Positions 1 to 8,558 of a stretch of DNA of 33,650 nt are shown piece by piece. The first letter of the stretch is position 1, and every line of letters begins with the position of its first letter. A program made the position numbers and the translations under genes. Source of the DNA: an uncultured Eubacteriales bacterium (lineage in GTDB: Bacteria; Bacillota; Clostridia; Oscillospirales; CAG-272); NCBI GenBank assembly GCA_934462885.1, contig CAKSJC010000002.1, forward strand, positions 1 through 33,650, written 5' to 3'. Under the pieces are notes generated by a model. It made no database searches. It saw nothing but the letters and a program-made list of their open reading frames with translations, and was not told the origin of the DNA.

Positions 1-1
1 G

Positions 2-856
2 GTAAAACGCAAGCACGCATATGCGCCTAAAGATATATTCGATTTTTGCACATATGAGGGAAAGAACATTTCTCTCCCGTACAGGATGTACATTCCGAAG
101 AACTACGACTGCGGAGAGATGTATCCGCTCGTAGTATTTCTGCACGGCGCGGGAGAACGCGGAGACGACAACCGCATACAGGTAGAGCGCCCCGGTCAGA
201 TGGATCTGATTTTTGCGGACTATGAAAGCCCGATATACGATTCTATCGTGATAGCTCCTCAGTGTCCCGCCGGACACCGCTGGGTGAACACTCCGTGGGA
301 AGACGGAAACTATTCGGCAGATGATATTCCCGAATCCGACGAGCTTAAAGCGGTCACGAAACTGATCGACGAATGCTGCCGCGAATACAACGTAGACCGC
401 GACAGAATATATATAATGGGTATCTCCATGGGCGGATTCGGCACATGGGATATGATAATGCGCCACGGCGAACGCTTTGCGTGCGCAATGCCCGTGTGCG
501 GCGGCGGAGATCCGTCGTATGCAAACAAGTTAAAGAATATTCCGATACGCACATTCCACGGTTCGCGCGACGAGGCTGTTCCGGTCGCCTCAACCCGTGA
601 GATGTTTGCGGCAATAGCGAAGGCAGGCGGAAAGAATATATCTTATACCGAATATGACGACCGCGGACACTGCGTATGGGACGAAGTTTTCCCGGACACT
701 GACAATTTCCGTTGGATGTTTGAACAGAATCTCGCCGAGAGAAGAAAAAAATACGAAAAAGTAAAAAAAGCAAAGAGGTTCGCCATAGCGTCCGGAGCAG
801 TAGGCGCTCTTGTTTCGATAGCGGCTTTTGTTCTGTCAAAGAAAGGAAAGAAATGA
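2..856 (+). CDS. alpha/beta-hydrolase esterase (phospholipase/carboxylesterase-type) with a C-terminal hydrophobic tail; probably 5'-truncated by the window edge (alternative start ATG 86)
   Basis: The frame is open from nt 2 to the ATG at 86 with no in-frame start. The upstream residues (..DFCTYEGKNISLPYRMYIP) align with the N-terminus of the downstream paralog (..GFFTYRMGELEIPYRFYVP). Motifs present: VVFLHGAGERG, GISMGG (GxSxG), HGSRDEAVP and a late His (RGHCVW). The C-terminus has a K-rich stretch followed by FAIASGAVGALVSIAAFVL. Confidence 0.75.
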   Translation, partial: VKRKHAYAPKDIFDFCTYEGKNISLPYRMYIPKNYDCGEMYPLVVFLHGAGERGDDNRIQVERPGQMDLIFADYESPIYDSIVIAPQCPAGHRWVNTPWEDGNYSADDIPESDELKAVTKLIDECCREYNVDRDRIYIMGISMGGFGTWDMIMRHGERFACAMPVCGGGDPSYANKLKNIPIRTFHGSRDEAVPVASTREMFAAIAKAGGKNISYTEYDDRGHCVWDEVFPDTDNFRWMFEQNLAERRKKYEKVKKAKRFAIASGAVGALVSIAAFVLSKKGKK

Positions 857-859
857 GAG

Positions 860-1612
860 ATGCGTGAGTGTAACAACACTGCCGGATTTGACGTAAGTCG
901 GGCGTTTGGTTTTTTTACATATCGCATGGGAGAACTTGAAATTCCATACAGATTTTATGTTCCCGCCGCAGTTAATAAAAGCGATTCGGTAAATGCGCCA
1001 AGACCTCTTGTCATATTTCTGCACGGCTCAGGCTCAAGAGGAAACGACAATACGGCGCCGCTTGAAAACGTGTTGGCAAAGGCTTTTCTTGATCCCGAAA
1101 ATCCGATATTCGCCTCATATGTGCTTGCTCCGCAGTGCGGGAGCGGTCGTCAGTGGGTCAACACGCCTTGGGCAAAGGGAAATTATTCGGTTGACGCCAC
1201 TCCCGAGTCGCCCGAGCTTGCCGCGGTTATCGAACTTACAAAAAAGCTTTGCCGCGAAAATAACATTGACCGCGGAAGAATATATCTGACGGGCGTTTCA
1301 ATGGGAGGCTTCGGCGTATGGGATATGCTTGCGCGTCACGGAGAACTTTTTGCATACGCAATGCCCGTGTGCGGCGGCGGCGACCCGTCATATGCCCGGA
1401 AGATGAAAGATATCCCGATTTGTACGTTCCACGGATCGGCTGATGAGTCAGTACCCGTTTCCGGTACGCGCGAGATGGTTGAAGCCGTAAAGGCGGCAGG
1501 CGGAAAAATAACGTATACCGAGCTGAAAGACGCGCCCCACGCTATCTGGGACGGAGTTTTCAGCGATACATCAAACTTTATCCGAATGTTCGCGCAGACC
1601 CCCAAGCCCTGA
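860..1612 (+). CDS. alpha/beta-hydrolase esterase, tandem paralog of the preceding gene (no C-terminal hydrophobic tail)
   Basis: ATG lies 4 nt after the upstream stop. It is colinear with the upstream protein: PQC..WVNTPW..GNYS, GVSMGG, MPVCGGGDPSYA, FHGSADESVP. Confidence 0.8.
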   Translation: MRECNNTAGFDVSRAFGFFTYRMGELEIPYRFYVPAAVNKSDSVNAPRPLVIFLHGSGSRGNDNTAPLENVLAKAFLDPENPIFASYVLAPQCGSGRQWVNTPWAKGNYSVDATPESPELAAVIELTKKLCRENNIDRGRIYLTGVSMGGFGVWDMLARHGELFAYAMPVCGGGDPSYARKMKDIPICTFHGSADESVPVSGTREMVEAVKAAGGKITYTELKDAPHAIWDGVFSDTSNFIRMFAQTPKP

Positions 1613-1913
1613 AGCGCGGCTTTTGCCGAGGAGGGGGAATAACGCGCCTCTTAAAAACGGCACAAAATCCCGGACAAACCAAAAACAAAGGAGACGCAAA
1701 TCCGTGCGGCAGGTTTTGGCTGTCGGTTCTGCATCTCTTTTTGTGTAACCGCTCTTCGGGCGCACGATATTTCCCTTGTAAGTTTAAGCTATTCTTGAAT
1801 TGCGCGCGAAACATCAAGCCCACCGATCCCCTGTTCAAAAATTTATACTTTTCCATAAAGAAGCGCCACCCTTGCGCTATGTTATGAAATTACAGCTAAA
1901 TAAGGAGAAATTT

Positions 1914-3665
1914 ATGGGAATCAAAAGATTCACCTTCGGAACGCCCGAAAAATGCGTTCCGTCGCTTTACTGCGACAAATTCAACTACACGGAATCGGAG
2001 ATATCGTATCCCGCTTCAAATTTTACATACAGGCAGACCTCGGGCGGTGCCGTAATCGAGTTCCCCGTTGAGGACGACTGCCGAATGTTCGGATTCGGAT
2101 TACAGCTGAATTTGTTCAGTATGCGCGCTCGATCAGTCAAGCTCTCGGTAAATGCCGATCCCGAAACGTGGGACGGTGATTCTCACGCTCCCGTGCCGTT
2201 TTTCGTGACGAACAAGGGCTACGGAATGTATTTCGATACGGCAAGATATGCCGAATTCTTCTGCGGAAAGCAAAAGAATGACGCTTCGGGCAAAGAAATA
2301 GCGGACGGCGGAGCAGCCGACACCACAGATGAGCTTTACGCCGACCGCGGCGAGGCAGACTGCACAATGAGCGTTCGTATTCCCGGGGCGGTAGGTATTG
2401 ACATATATGTTATTGAAGGCGAAAACATTACGGATATCGTAAAACAGTATAATATGCTCTCGGGCGGAGGTCCCGATATCCCCGAGTGGGGTCTCGGAAT
2501 GATCTACCGAATGAATTCAAAATGGGACGCCGAAAAGATAAAAGAGACTGTTGATTATTTTGCCGAAAAGGATATCCCCTGCGGGGTTATCGGACTTGAA
2601 CCCGGCTGGCAGACTCATGCTTATTCATGCACCTACAAATGGAGCGGGCTTTTCCCCGATCACGATGAGTTTATTAAGTATATGCGGGACCGCGGTATCC
2701 ATGTAAATCTGTGGGAACACGCTTTCACTCATCCGACGGCTGATTTCCATAATGAAATAGCTCCGCATTCGGGAGATTATCTCGTGTGGGGAGGTCTTGT
2801 ACCCGACTTTGCAACGGCTGAGGGCAAAAAGATTTTTGCGGATTATCACAGACGCTATCTCACATCGCACGGCATCGACGGCTTCAAACTCGATGAATGC
2901 GACTCAAGCGACAATACAGGCTGTTGGAGTTTCCCCCTCTCGGCGTCGTTTCCTTCCGGAATGGACGGAGAGCAGTATCATTCAATGTTCGGCGTGCTGT
3001 ATTCAAAGGCTATACTTGAATCGCTTGACGGGCGGCAGACCTACGGTGAGGCTCGCAATATGGGCGCGCTTGCCGCGTCGTATCCGTTCGCGCTTTACAG
3101 CGATCTGTACGATCACAGAATGTTTATAAACGGAGTCGTGACCGCAGGATTCTCCGGGCTTCTTTGGGCGCCTGAAGTGCGGAGTGCGGAATCGGCAAAG
3201 GAACTCATCCGCCGTATGCAGGCTCTCGTGTTCTCGGCGCAGTTCTTAATGAATCCGTGGAACTATGACGCCGGAATACCGTGGGTTGCGCTCGACTGCG
3301 AAGATGAAGCGCGAGAACTTATCAAGCTGAGAGCAAGCCTTGTTCCAATGCTGAAAGCCGCGTTTGATGAATACCGCGATACGGGAAAGCCTCCGATACG
3401 CGCGCTTATAATGGATTATACCGACGACAAGGAAGCTCTCGTTATCTCGGACGAATATCTCTTCTGCGACGATCTTCTCGTCGCGCCTATCATTTGGAAA
3501 GGCAGAAATACTACCGACGAGCGCGACGTTTATCTTCCGACCGCCGACCGCTGGGTCGATTTCTTTACCGGCGATGACGTCGATATGACTCCTCCCGAAG
3601 GTAAACCTTACGGATGGATCCACGTAAAAACCACAGGCATACCCGTGTTTAAGAGAGTAAAATAA
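1914..3665 (+). CDS. glycoside hydrolase family 31 (alpha-glucosidase/alpha-xylosidase-like)
   Basis: The ORF-track start at 1800 is TTG. The ATG at 1914 is preceded by TAAGGAGAAA. GH31-like blocks: WGLGMIYRMN, GLEPGWQ, GIDGFKLDECD (YicI-like KxDxxE nucleophile region), WAPEVRS. Confidence 0.8.
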   Translation: MGIKRFTFGTPEKCVPSLYCDKFNYTESEISYPASNFTYRQTSGGAVIEFPVEDDCRMFGFGLQLNLFSMRARSVKLSVNADPETWDGDSHAPVPFFVTNKGYGMYFDTARYAEFFCGKQKNDASGKEIADGGAADTTDELYADRGEADCTMSVRIPGAVGIDIYVIEGENITDIVKQYNMLSGGGPDIPEWGLGMIYRMNSKWDAEKIKETVDYFAEKDIPCGVIGLEPGWQTHAYSCTYKWSGLFPDHDEFIKYMRDRGIHVNLWEHAFTHPTADFHNEIAPHSGDYLVWGGLVPDFATAEGKKIFADYHRRYLTSHGIDGFKLDECDSSDNTGCWSFPLSASFPSGMDGEQYHSMFGVLYSKAILESLDGRQTYGEARNMGALAASYPFALYSDLYDHRMFINGVVTAGFSGLLWAPEVRSAESAKELIRRMQALVFSAQFLMNPWNYDAGIPWVALDCEDEARELIKLRASLVPMLKAAFDEYRDTGKPPIRALIMDYTDDKEALVISDEYLFCDDLLVAPIIWKGRNTTDERDVYLPTADRWVDFFTGDDVDMTPPEGKPYGWIHVKTTGIPVFKRVK

Positions 3666-3680
3666 AAGACGTACTCTTGC

Positions 3681-3729
3681 ATCCGTATAGGTGCGTCGTC
3701 TGATTTTGACGCATTTATACGGATTTTTA
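3681..3729 (+). terminator. rho-independent terminator after the GH31 gene
   Basis: ATCCGTATA (3681-3689) pairs with TATACGGAT (3716-3724). An inner TGCGTC/GACGCA stem extends the hairpin. A T-run follows. Confidence 0.7.
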
Positions 3730-3780
3730 CGATACGTCTATATTATTCCGCTGCGTTTCATCCGAATGCACGCAATATAC

Positions 3781-3804
3781 AAAAAAAGCCTTTCGGCTTT
3801 TTTT
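3781..3804. terminator. bidirectional terminator (A7GCC-TTTC-GGCT7) between convergent genes
   Basis: AAAAAAAGCC / GGCTTTTTTT is a perfect inverted repeat with a TTTC loop. It sits 12 nt below the stop of the minus-strand kinase gene. Confidence 0.6.
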
Positions 3805-3815
3805 GTATATTCACC

Positions 3816-4712
3816 TCACACGAGGATTTTTTCGGCTGTTTCCGATTCGGCGGATTTTTTCGAGATTATCGTACATTTAGTCACGTCGAGTATCGTTTCG
3901 CCGTCTATCTGCATTGCCGTCGGACGTTCGAATTCCACCGTGATCTCGCGGCCGCTCAATACGTCGACCGCTTTTTTGTGTTCGACGTGTTTTCCCGTAA
4001 AAATCGATGGAAATATCATGAGAGTTCGGAGCTTTCCCGTGCCGTGCATCACCATTGAGGAAATATTTCCTCCGTTGTTCAAACAGTCCTGATCCGGAAC
4101 AGGCATCATTCCTCCTCCGTAGTAGCGTCCGTTCATCGTCGGAGCAAGCCACACTTTCTTATATTTATGCTTAACTCCGTCTACGGTTACGACGGCATTT
4201 GTCGGGTGGTAGTGGAACAAAAGTCCTTTTATTGCGATAGCGGTGTAGTTTATCTTTTTGTCGGATTCTGCGCGCATCTTGTCGCCTACTTCACAGCAGT
4301 ACCCGTCGATTCCGTATCCGACGCCGTTCAGCACCTTAATGCTCTTTCCGTTCACTATAACCTCGGGAAGATCCTTTATGTACTCATTTATGCATACGGG
4401 CGGATCCCCTTTTTCATATCCGAGATCCCGCCAAAAATCATTCCCGCTCCCCACAGCGTAATAGTAAATATCGTTCGGTATGCTTAAATCCAACGTATCG
4501 TTTATGAATCTGTTCAGCGTTCCGTCTCCGCCCGCCACAAGAATTTTGTCATTAACATCTGTCTTTGAGAAAAAATCAGAGTATGATGCGATCTCCGTTA
4601 TATCGTAAAAGTGTAAATCTGCATCCGTTAATATGTCGCGCAGCGTCATAGCCTCATCTTTTCCTCTTCCGTTATTTGCAAACGGATTGTATATCACGCG
4701 ATACTTTTCCAT
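3816..4712 (-). CDS. diacylglycerol kinase-family lipid kinase (YegS/BmrU/DagK-like catalytic domain)
   Basis: IYNPFANNGRG and VAGGDGTLNRFIN (the GGDGT motif of the DAGK_cat fold). ATG 4712 is preceded by GAAGGAGAA. The ORF-track start at 4745 is TTG. Confidence 0.75.
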   Translation of the reverse strand: MEKYRVIYNPFANNGRGKDEAMTLRDILTDADLHFYDITEIASYSDFFSKTDVNDKILVAGGDGTLNRFINDTLDLSIPNDIYYYAVGSGNDFWRDLGYEKGDPPVCINEYIKDLPEVIVNGKSIKVLNGVGYGIDGYCCEVGDKMRAESDKKINYTAIAIKGLLFHYHPTNAVVTVDGVKHKYKKVWLAPTMNGRYYGGGMMPVPDQDCLNNGGNISSMVMHGTGKLRTLMIFPSIFTGKHVEHKKAVDVLSGREITVEFERPTAMQIDGETILDVTKCTIISKKSAESETAEKILV

Positions 4713-4749
4713 TTTTACAAGTTCTCCTTCGTATTCAATATTCAATGTT

Positions 4750-5259
4750 TCATGAGATCAGTTTGTTGTATTTTTCCATCTCGCCGTCCGAAAGCGCGTT
4801 TTCACGCTCTTCCTTTTTATTTTTCTCGTAAAGATGAACCAATCGAGGTCTGTTGTTTCGTTGTATCATGATAAACGGAACATTCCCCAGAGAAAAAATG
4901 AGCGTTATGATAACTCCGCCCGCGCCCTCCCAAAGTCTTATGCATTGCAGTCCCGCAATAATCAGAAGAAAATGTATAAGCTCTGCAACACAGGTCTCGT
5001 GTATCAGTTCGGATAGACGTGATCTGTAATCTCCGCTTAAATTTTTCTGCGGCATTGCCCCCGGGAGAATCCTACTCATATCGGGAAGCTTGTTCTGCCA
5101 CTTACGAACCTTAAGAATTCCGTAAAGCTTAGGTTCAAAGGAAAGTTGTCTGAAAAAAACAGAATTTGCGTCGGGCCTGTTCTCCGGGATCAGACGTCCC
5201 ACGGCGAATGCAAGGCATCCTATAAAAGTCAGGTAAAGAAAACAGCGTAAGAAACCCAT
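4750..5259 (-). CDS. membrane protein of the glycosyl-4,4'-diaponeurosporenoate acyltransferase (CrtO-like) family
   Basis: KVRKWQNKLPD...ETCVAELIHF...NVPFIMIQRNNRPRL resembles the family hallmark ..ETRRAELTHW..NLPFIxxQRYNRPR as recalled. ATG 5259 has a GGTGA Shine-Dalgarno sequence. The upstream ATG 5352 has none. Confidence 0.6.
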   Translation of the reverse strand: MGFLRCFLYLTFIGCLAFAVGRLIPENRPDANSVFFRQLSFEPKLYGILKVRKWQNKLPDMSRILPGAMPQKNLSGDYRSRLSELIHETCVAELIHFLLIIAGLQCIRLWEGAGGVIITLIFSLGNVPFIMIQRNNRPRLVHLYEKNKKEERENALSDGEMEKYNKLIS

Positions 5260-5621
5260 AAAATCACCATCGTTAGTATTAATATAAAATAAGGCACAAC
5301 AATTAAGAAAACAGCTCAGCGCAAAACCTATATGATGGTAAGTGACAGGCATACCAAGAAAGATGATAACGATGAGTCGCTGCAGTTATTTTACCACAAA
5401 AAAAGAGAAAATCTACGATCTTTATCAAAACACGAAAAAAAAGTGAAAATTGTCCGGATAACGTGATACTCCACGTCGATTCAATCAAAAAAACGAATAA
5501 AAAACTTTACTTTTCCTCACAAACCGAGAAAAAACTGCCGCGCTTGTTTCGCTTCTATAACAAAGCTAAACCTCGGGAGCGGGGCGGTTTTCTTTAATTA
5601 TAGGCTGATATTATCCCCACT

Positions 5622-6560
5622 CTATAATCCGGTCAGAAAGTTGGCATAGGATACGGTGGGAAATATTGTCAGTACACACAAAAGAGAAGACGAACCGACA
5701 AGTTCGGCGGCAAATCCCGGAGAAACGTTATATGTTTCTCCGAACATGGTGACAACTGCGGCGCAGGGCATAGCAGCCATAACCGCTCCGAATACGATCA
5801 TATAATCGGGAAGTCCGCAAAGCCAAAGCATTGTCGACATCAAAATCGGCATTATCAGCAGTTTAACCGCGTTTGTGTAATAAACGGCAGGATTTTTAAA
5901 CATAACTCTTAAGCTTCTGCGGCTTAGGTTCGCACCCGAAATTATAAGCGCGATCGGAGTACACATACTGTTCAGCGAGGATGCGAGCGAGTACACGGGA
6001 GAAGGGAGCGTCACGCCGCTTATAAAAATAAGAAAACCTATAATTGACGGAACCGTTCCGAAGTTTAAAAGCATTTTCCGCGGAGTTATCTTTATGTCAT
6101 CTCTTCCGCGGGCGAAAATCTTTATTCCGAGCGACCACACAAACAGATGGAAGCTTATCACATAAAACGCCCCGCAGAACAAACCGAAATCCCCGAATAT
6201 TGATTCGAGTATGGGGAAACCGATGAATCCGCAGTTCGCAAAAAACATACAGTATTCCGAAAGCTTGTGCTCGTCCGGTTTTTTTATCGGCTTCGCGAGG
6301 AGATACGCTATCCCTGCCATGACTGCATGCATACAAATTCCGAGAAGAAGTATCGTCAGCCCGGTTTTCAGATTCTCGGGAGAAAATTTCTGCGAAATCA
6401 AGGCGTTTATTATAAGAAACGGCTGACCGATCTTCAGTATTAGCGCGGACAGACGTTCGGTCGAAACTTCGTTCACGACTCCCACACGTCCTCCGACATA
6501 TCCGACTGCCAGAAGAAGCGCGAGAGTCACAACGGTTGGTAAAAGTTCATTTACAGACAT
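5622..6560 (-). CDS. AEC (auxin efflux carrier) family permease
   Basis: A polytopic membrane protein of about 10 TM segments. Its N-terminus LLPTVVTLALLLAVGYVGGRVGV is typical of Mem_trans/AEC proteins. RBS GAGGAAAT. Confidence 0.7.
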   Translation of the reverse strand: MSVNELLPTVVTLALLLAVGYVGGRVGVVNEVSTERLSALILKIGQPFLIINALISQKFSPENLKTGLTILLLGICMHAVMAGIAYLLAKPIKKPDEHKLSEYCMFFANCGFIGFPILESIFGDFGLFCGAFYVISFHLFVWSLGIKIFARGRDDIKITPRKMLLNFGTVPSIIGFLIFISGVTLPSPVYSLASSLNSMCTPIALIISGANLSRRSLRVMFKNPAVYYTNAVKLLIMPILMSTMLWLCGLPDYMIVFGAVMAAMPCAAVVTMFGETYNVSPGFAAELVGSSSLLCVLTIFPTVSYANFLTGL

Positions 6561-6597
6561 ATTTCCTCACAGATCAAAGTTCAAAAAGGTATCACGG

Positions 6598-8334
6598 TTA
6601 TTTGTCCTCAGTATATCCGCGGTTTGCGACGAACGGTGCGGAATATTCGTTATTTCGGGTATTTTCGTTACTCTTGGAATTTTCCTCTTCATAAACCGAT
6701 CCGTAATCGGTATATTCATCGGATTCGTACGCGGAAAAATCACGCGCACGGTTCCGCAGCTTCTTCAGCCGCCTCCTGTTATACGGGATCACTATCGCAA
6801 GTGCGATAAGCTGAACGGCAATTATGCATAAAATAATCATGACGATCGGTTGTTTTGCCAGCTCAAGTATACTCCGTCTCCCGTCGCCGCCGGAATTATC
6901 GGACTCGGTCGTTTTTTCTTCAAAGCCGCAGTACACGCAGAGTCTTTCCCCGATCTCCGGGAACTCATGTCCCGTCGCGGGAGTCGTTTTTGTCATCACA
7001 TCTCCGCACACCGAACAAACCTCTGTCAGTTTTCCCTCGTCGGTGCAAGTTGGTTTTACATCCTCCGTCACTTCGTAATCGTGCCCCGTCATAGGAAATT
7101 CTTCACTCGTCGTATATCCGCACTTCAGGCAAACTTTCTCTATTTTTCCGTTTTCCGTACACGTCGGATCCGTAGTTTCTTCCCGAAACTCATGCTCACA
7201 GGCAGGATATGTTTCAGTTATCTCGTCTCCGCAGTTCACACATTTTTCGGTGCGGTGTCCTTCTATGTTCCCGGTAGACTTTATATCTTCCGTTATTTCG
7301 TAGTTGTGTTCCTTTTTCGGAATAACCTCCGTTGTGCGGTGAACATCGCAGTCGTACCCGCGGTCGTTTAAGTTATACGATATCTGACATACGTATGTTA
7401 TTCCGCCATCCTCGGTGCATGTCGCGGCGTATGAGGATTCCGCTCTCATAAAGTGCCGCTCGGGAGCCGGCGGAAGCTGTTCGGTATCCTTTTTTATGCC
7501 GCATATCTCACAGCGGTAGGATTTTGTTCCGTTCAGCGTACAGTTTGAGGGAAAGTCGACTGTTTTCTCATCGCCGAATACGTGCTCGTGTCCGAAATAG
7601 TAATCGCAGAGAGCTTCCGCTTCCGCGGCGGCAATCTTCTTTAAGTTTTCATCGGACTCAAGGATCGAGGCGTCTTTTTTGTTCGAAACGTAGGCGTGTT
7701 CGATTATTATCGACGGCGTGCCGAATTTCGATGACCATGTGATCATGCTGTAATAATCGCTTTTTACTCCGAGAGAAGATTCACCGGGCATATCCCACTG
7801 CATCTCGTCACTCCAGTAATATATACCAAGCGAGTCCCCTGTATCTTCGCGCGTCTTGACTTTACCGCGGCGTATCGGGACCGATTCCGAAATATCGTCG
7901 AGAATCATTACCGCAAGATCGGAAGCGTTATACCTGTCAATAACGGACACGTAAGCTTCGCTTCCGTCTACCGATGTCGAGTCATTGCTGTTGCAGTGCA
8001 GACTGAGCATTAGGTCGGCATTGTAAGTCAATATGTTGAGCGCCCGCGAAAGTTTATTCAGATATGTATCGTCTTCTCTTGTCATGTAAACTTCAAACCG
8101 TCCGTCGGCGAGAAGTTCGTCACGCAGATATCCCGCAATCAGAAGATTGTATTCTTTCTCCGTCTTCGGAGCATTTGCCGCGCCTCCGTCAATGCCGCCG
8201 TGACCCGCGTCGAGTATTATTACGGCGCGTTCGTCGGCAGCCGTGTCCTCACCCTCGGCGTAACATAATACCGTCGCCGCCTGAAGAATAATCATAATAA
8301 TGCAAATTACAGCACAGACCGATCTTTTTTTCAT
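6598..8334 (-). CDS. N-acetylmuramoyl-L-alanine amidase (Amidase_3) with signal peptide, repeated His/Cys modules, a C-terminal TM helix and a charged tail
   Basis: Signal peptide MKKRSVCAVICIIMIILQAATVLCYA. Amidase_3 motifs LDAGHGGIDGGA, SLHCNS and IEHAYVSN. Six H..C..CxxCG modules span residues about 248-470. TM helix PIVMIILCIIAVQLIALAIVIPY. Confidence 0.85.
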   Translation of the reverse strand: MKKRSVCAVICIIMIILQAATVLCYAEGEDTAADERAVIILDAGHGGIDGGAANAPKTEKEYNLLIAGYLRDELLADGRFEVYMTREDDTYLNKLSRALNILTYNADLMLSLHCNSNDSTSVDGSEAYVSVIDRYNASDLAVMILDDISESVPIRRGKVKTREDTGDSLGIYYWSDEMQWDMPGESSLGVKSDYYSMITWSSKFGTPSIIIEHAYVSNKKDASILESDENLKKIAAAEAEALCDYYFGHEHVFGDEKTVDFPSNCTLNGTKSYRCEICGIKKDTEQLPPAPERHFMRAESSYAATCTEDGGITYVCQISYNLNDRGYDCDVHRTTEVIPKKEHNYEITEDIKSTGNIEGHRTEKCVNCGDEITETYPACEHEFREETTDPTCTENGKIEKVCLKCGYTTSEEFPMTGHDYEVTEDVKPTCTDEGKLTEVCSVCGDVMTKTTPATGHEFPEIGERLCVYCGFEEKTTESDNSGGDGRRSILELAKQPIVMIILCIIAVQLIALAIVIPYNRRRLKKLRNRARDFSAYESDEYTDYGSVYEEENSKSNENTRNNEYSAPFVANRGYTEDK

Positions 8335-8363
8335 TGTTTCCCCTCGCCACTTTCATTATCCCT

Positions 8364-8392
8364 ATTATACGCCACCATACCGGAAAATGCAA
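8364..8392 (-). promoter_or_regulatory. sigma-A-type promoter for the amidase gene
   Basis: Minus strand reads TTGCAT-17 nt-TATAAT, about 30 nt upstream of the RBS GAGGGG. Confidence 0.55.
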
Positions 8393-8492
8393 TACGGAAA
8401 AGAGGTTATAGGTCGAGAAAACGCGATACGTGTGCGCTTTTGCCTTCCGATATCAGATGCGCGATACGCATGAAAAAAACACACCGGCATTG

Positions 8493-8521
8493 TTGATTTT
8501 TTATCGGAGATATGCTATAAT
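8493..8521 (+). promoter_or_regulatory. sigma-A-type promoter with extended -10 for the GH36-type gene
   Basis: TTGATT-17 nt-(TGc)TATAAT. Confidence 0.6.
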
Positions 8522-8558
8522 CGTGACATTATAAAAAACATGAATGAGAGGGTAAAAA

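Noticed and set aside
1800-1913. N-terminal extensions in ORF-track calls at 1800, 4745, 5352, 11469, 18178, 19810, 20071, 22125 and 23983.
   Set aside because: Most begin at TTG or GTG, or at an ATG lacking a Shine-Dalgarno sequence. Several run through promoters or the upstream gene. Internal ATG or GTG codons with good ribosome binding sites and homology-consistent N-termini were preferred.
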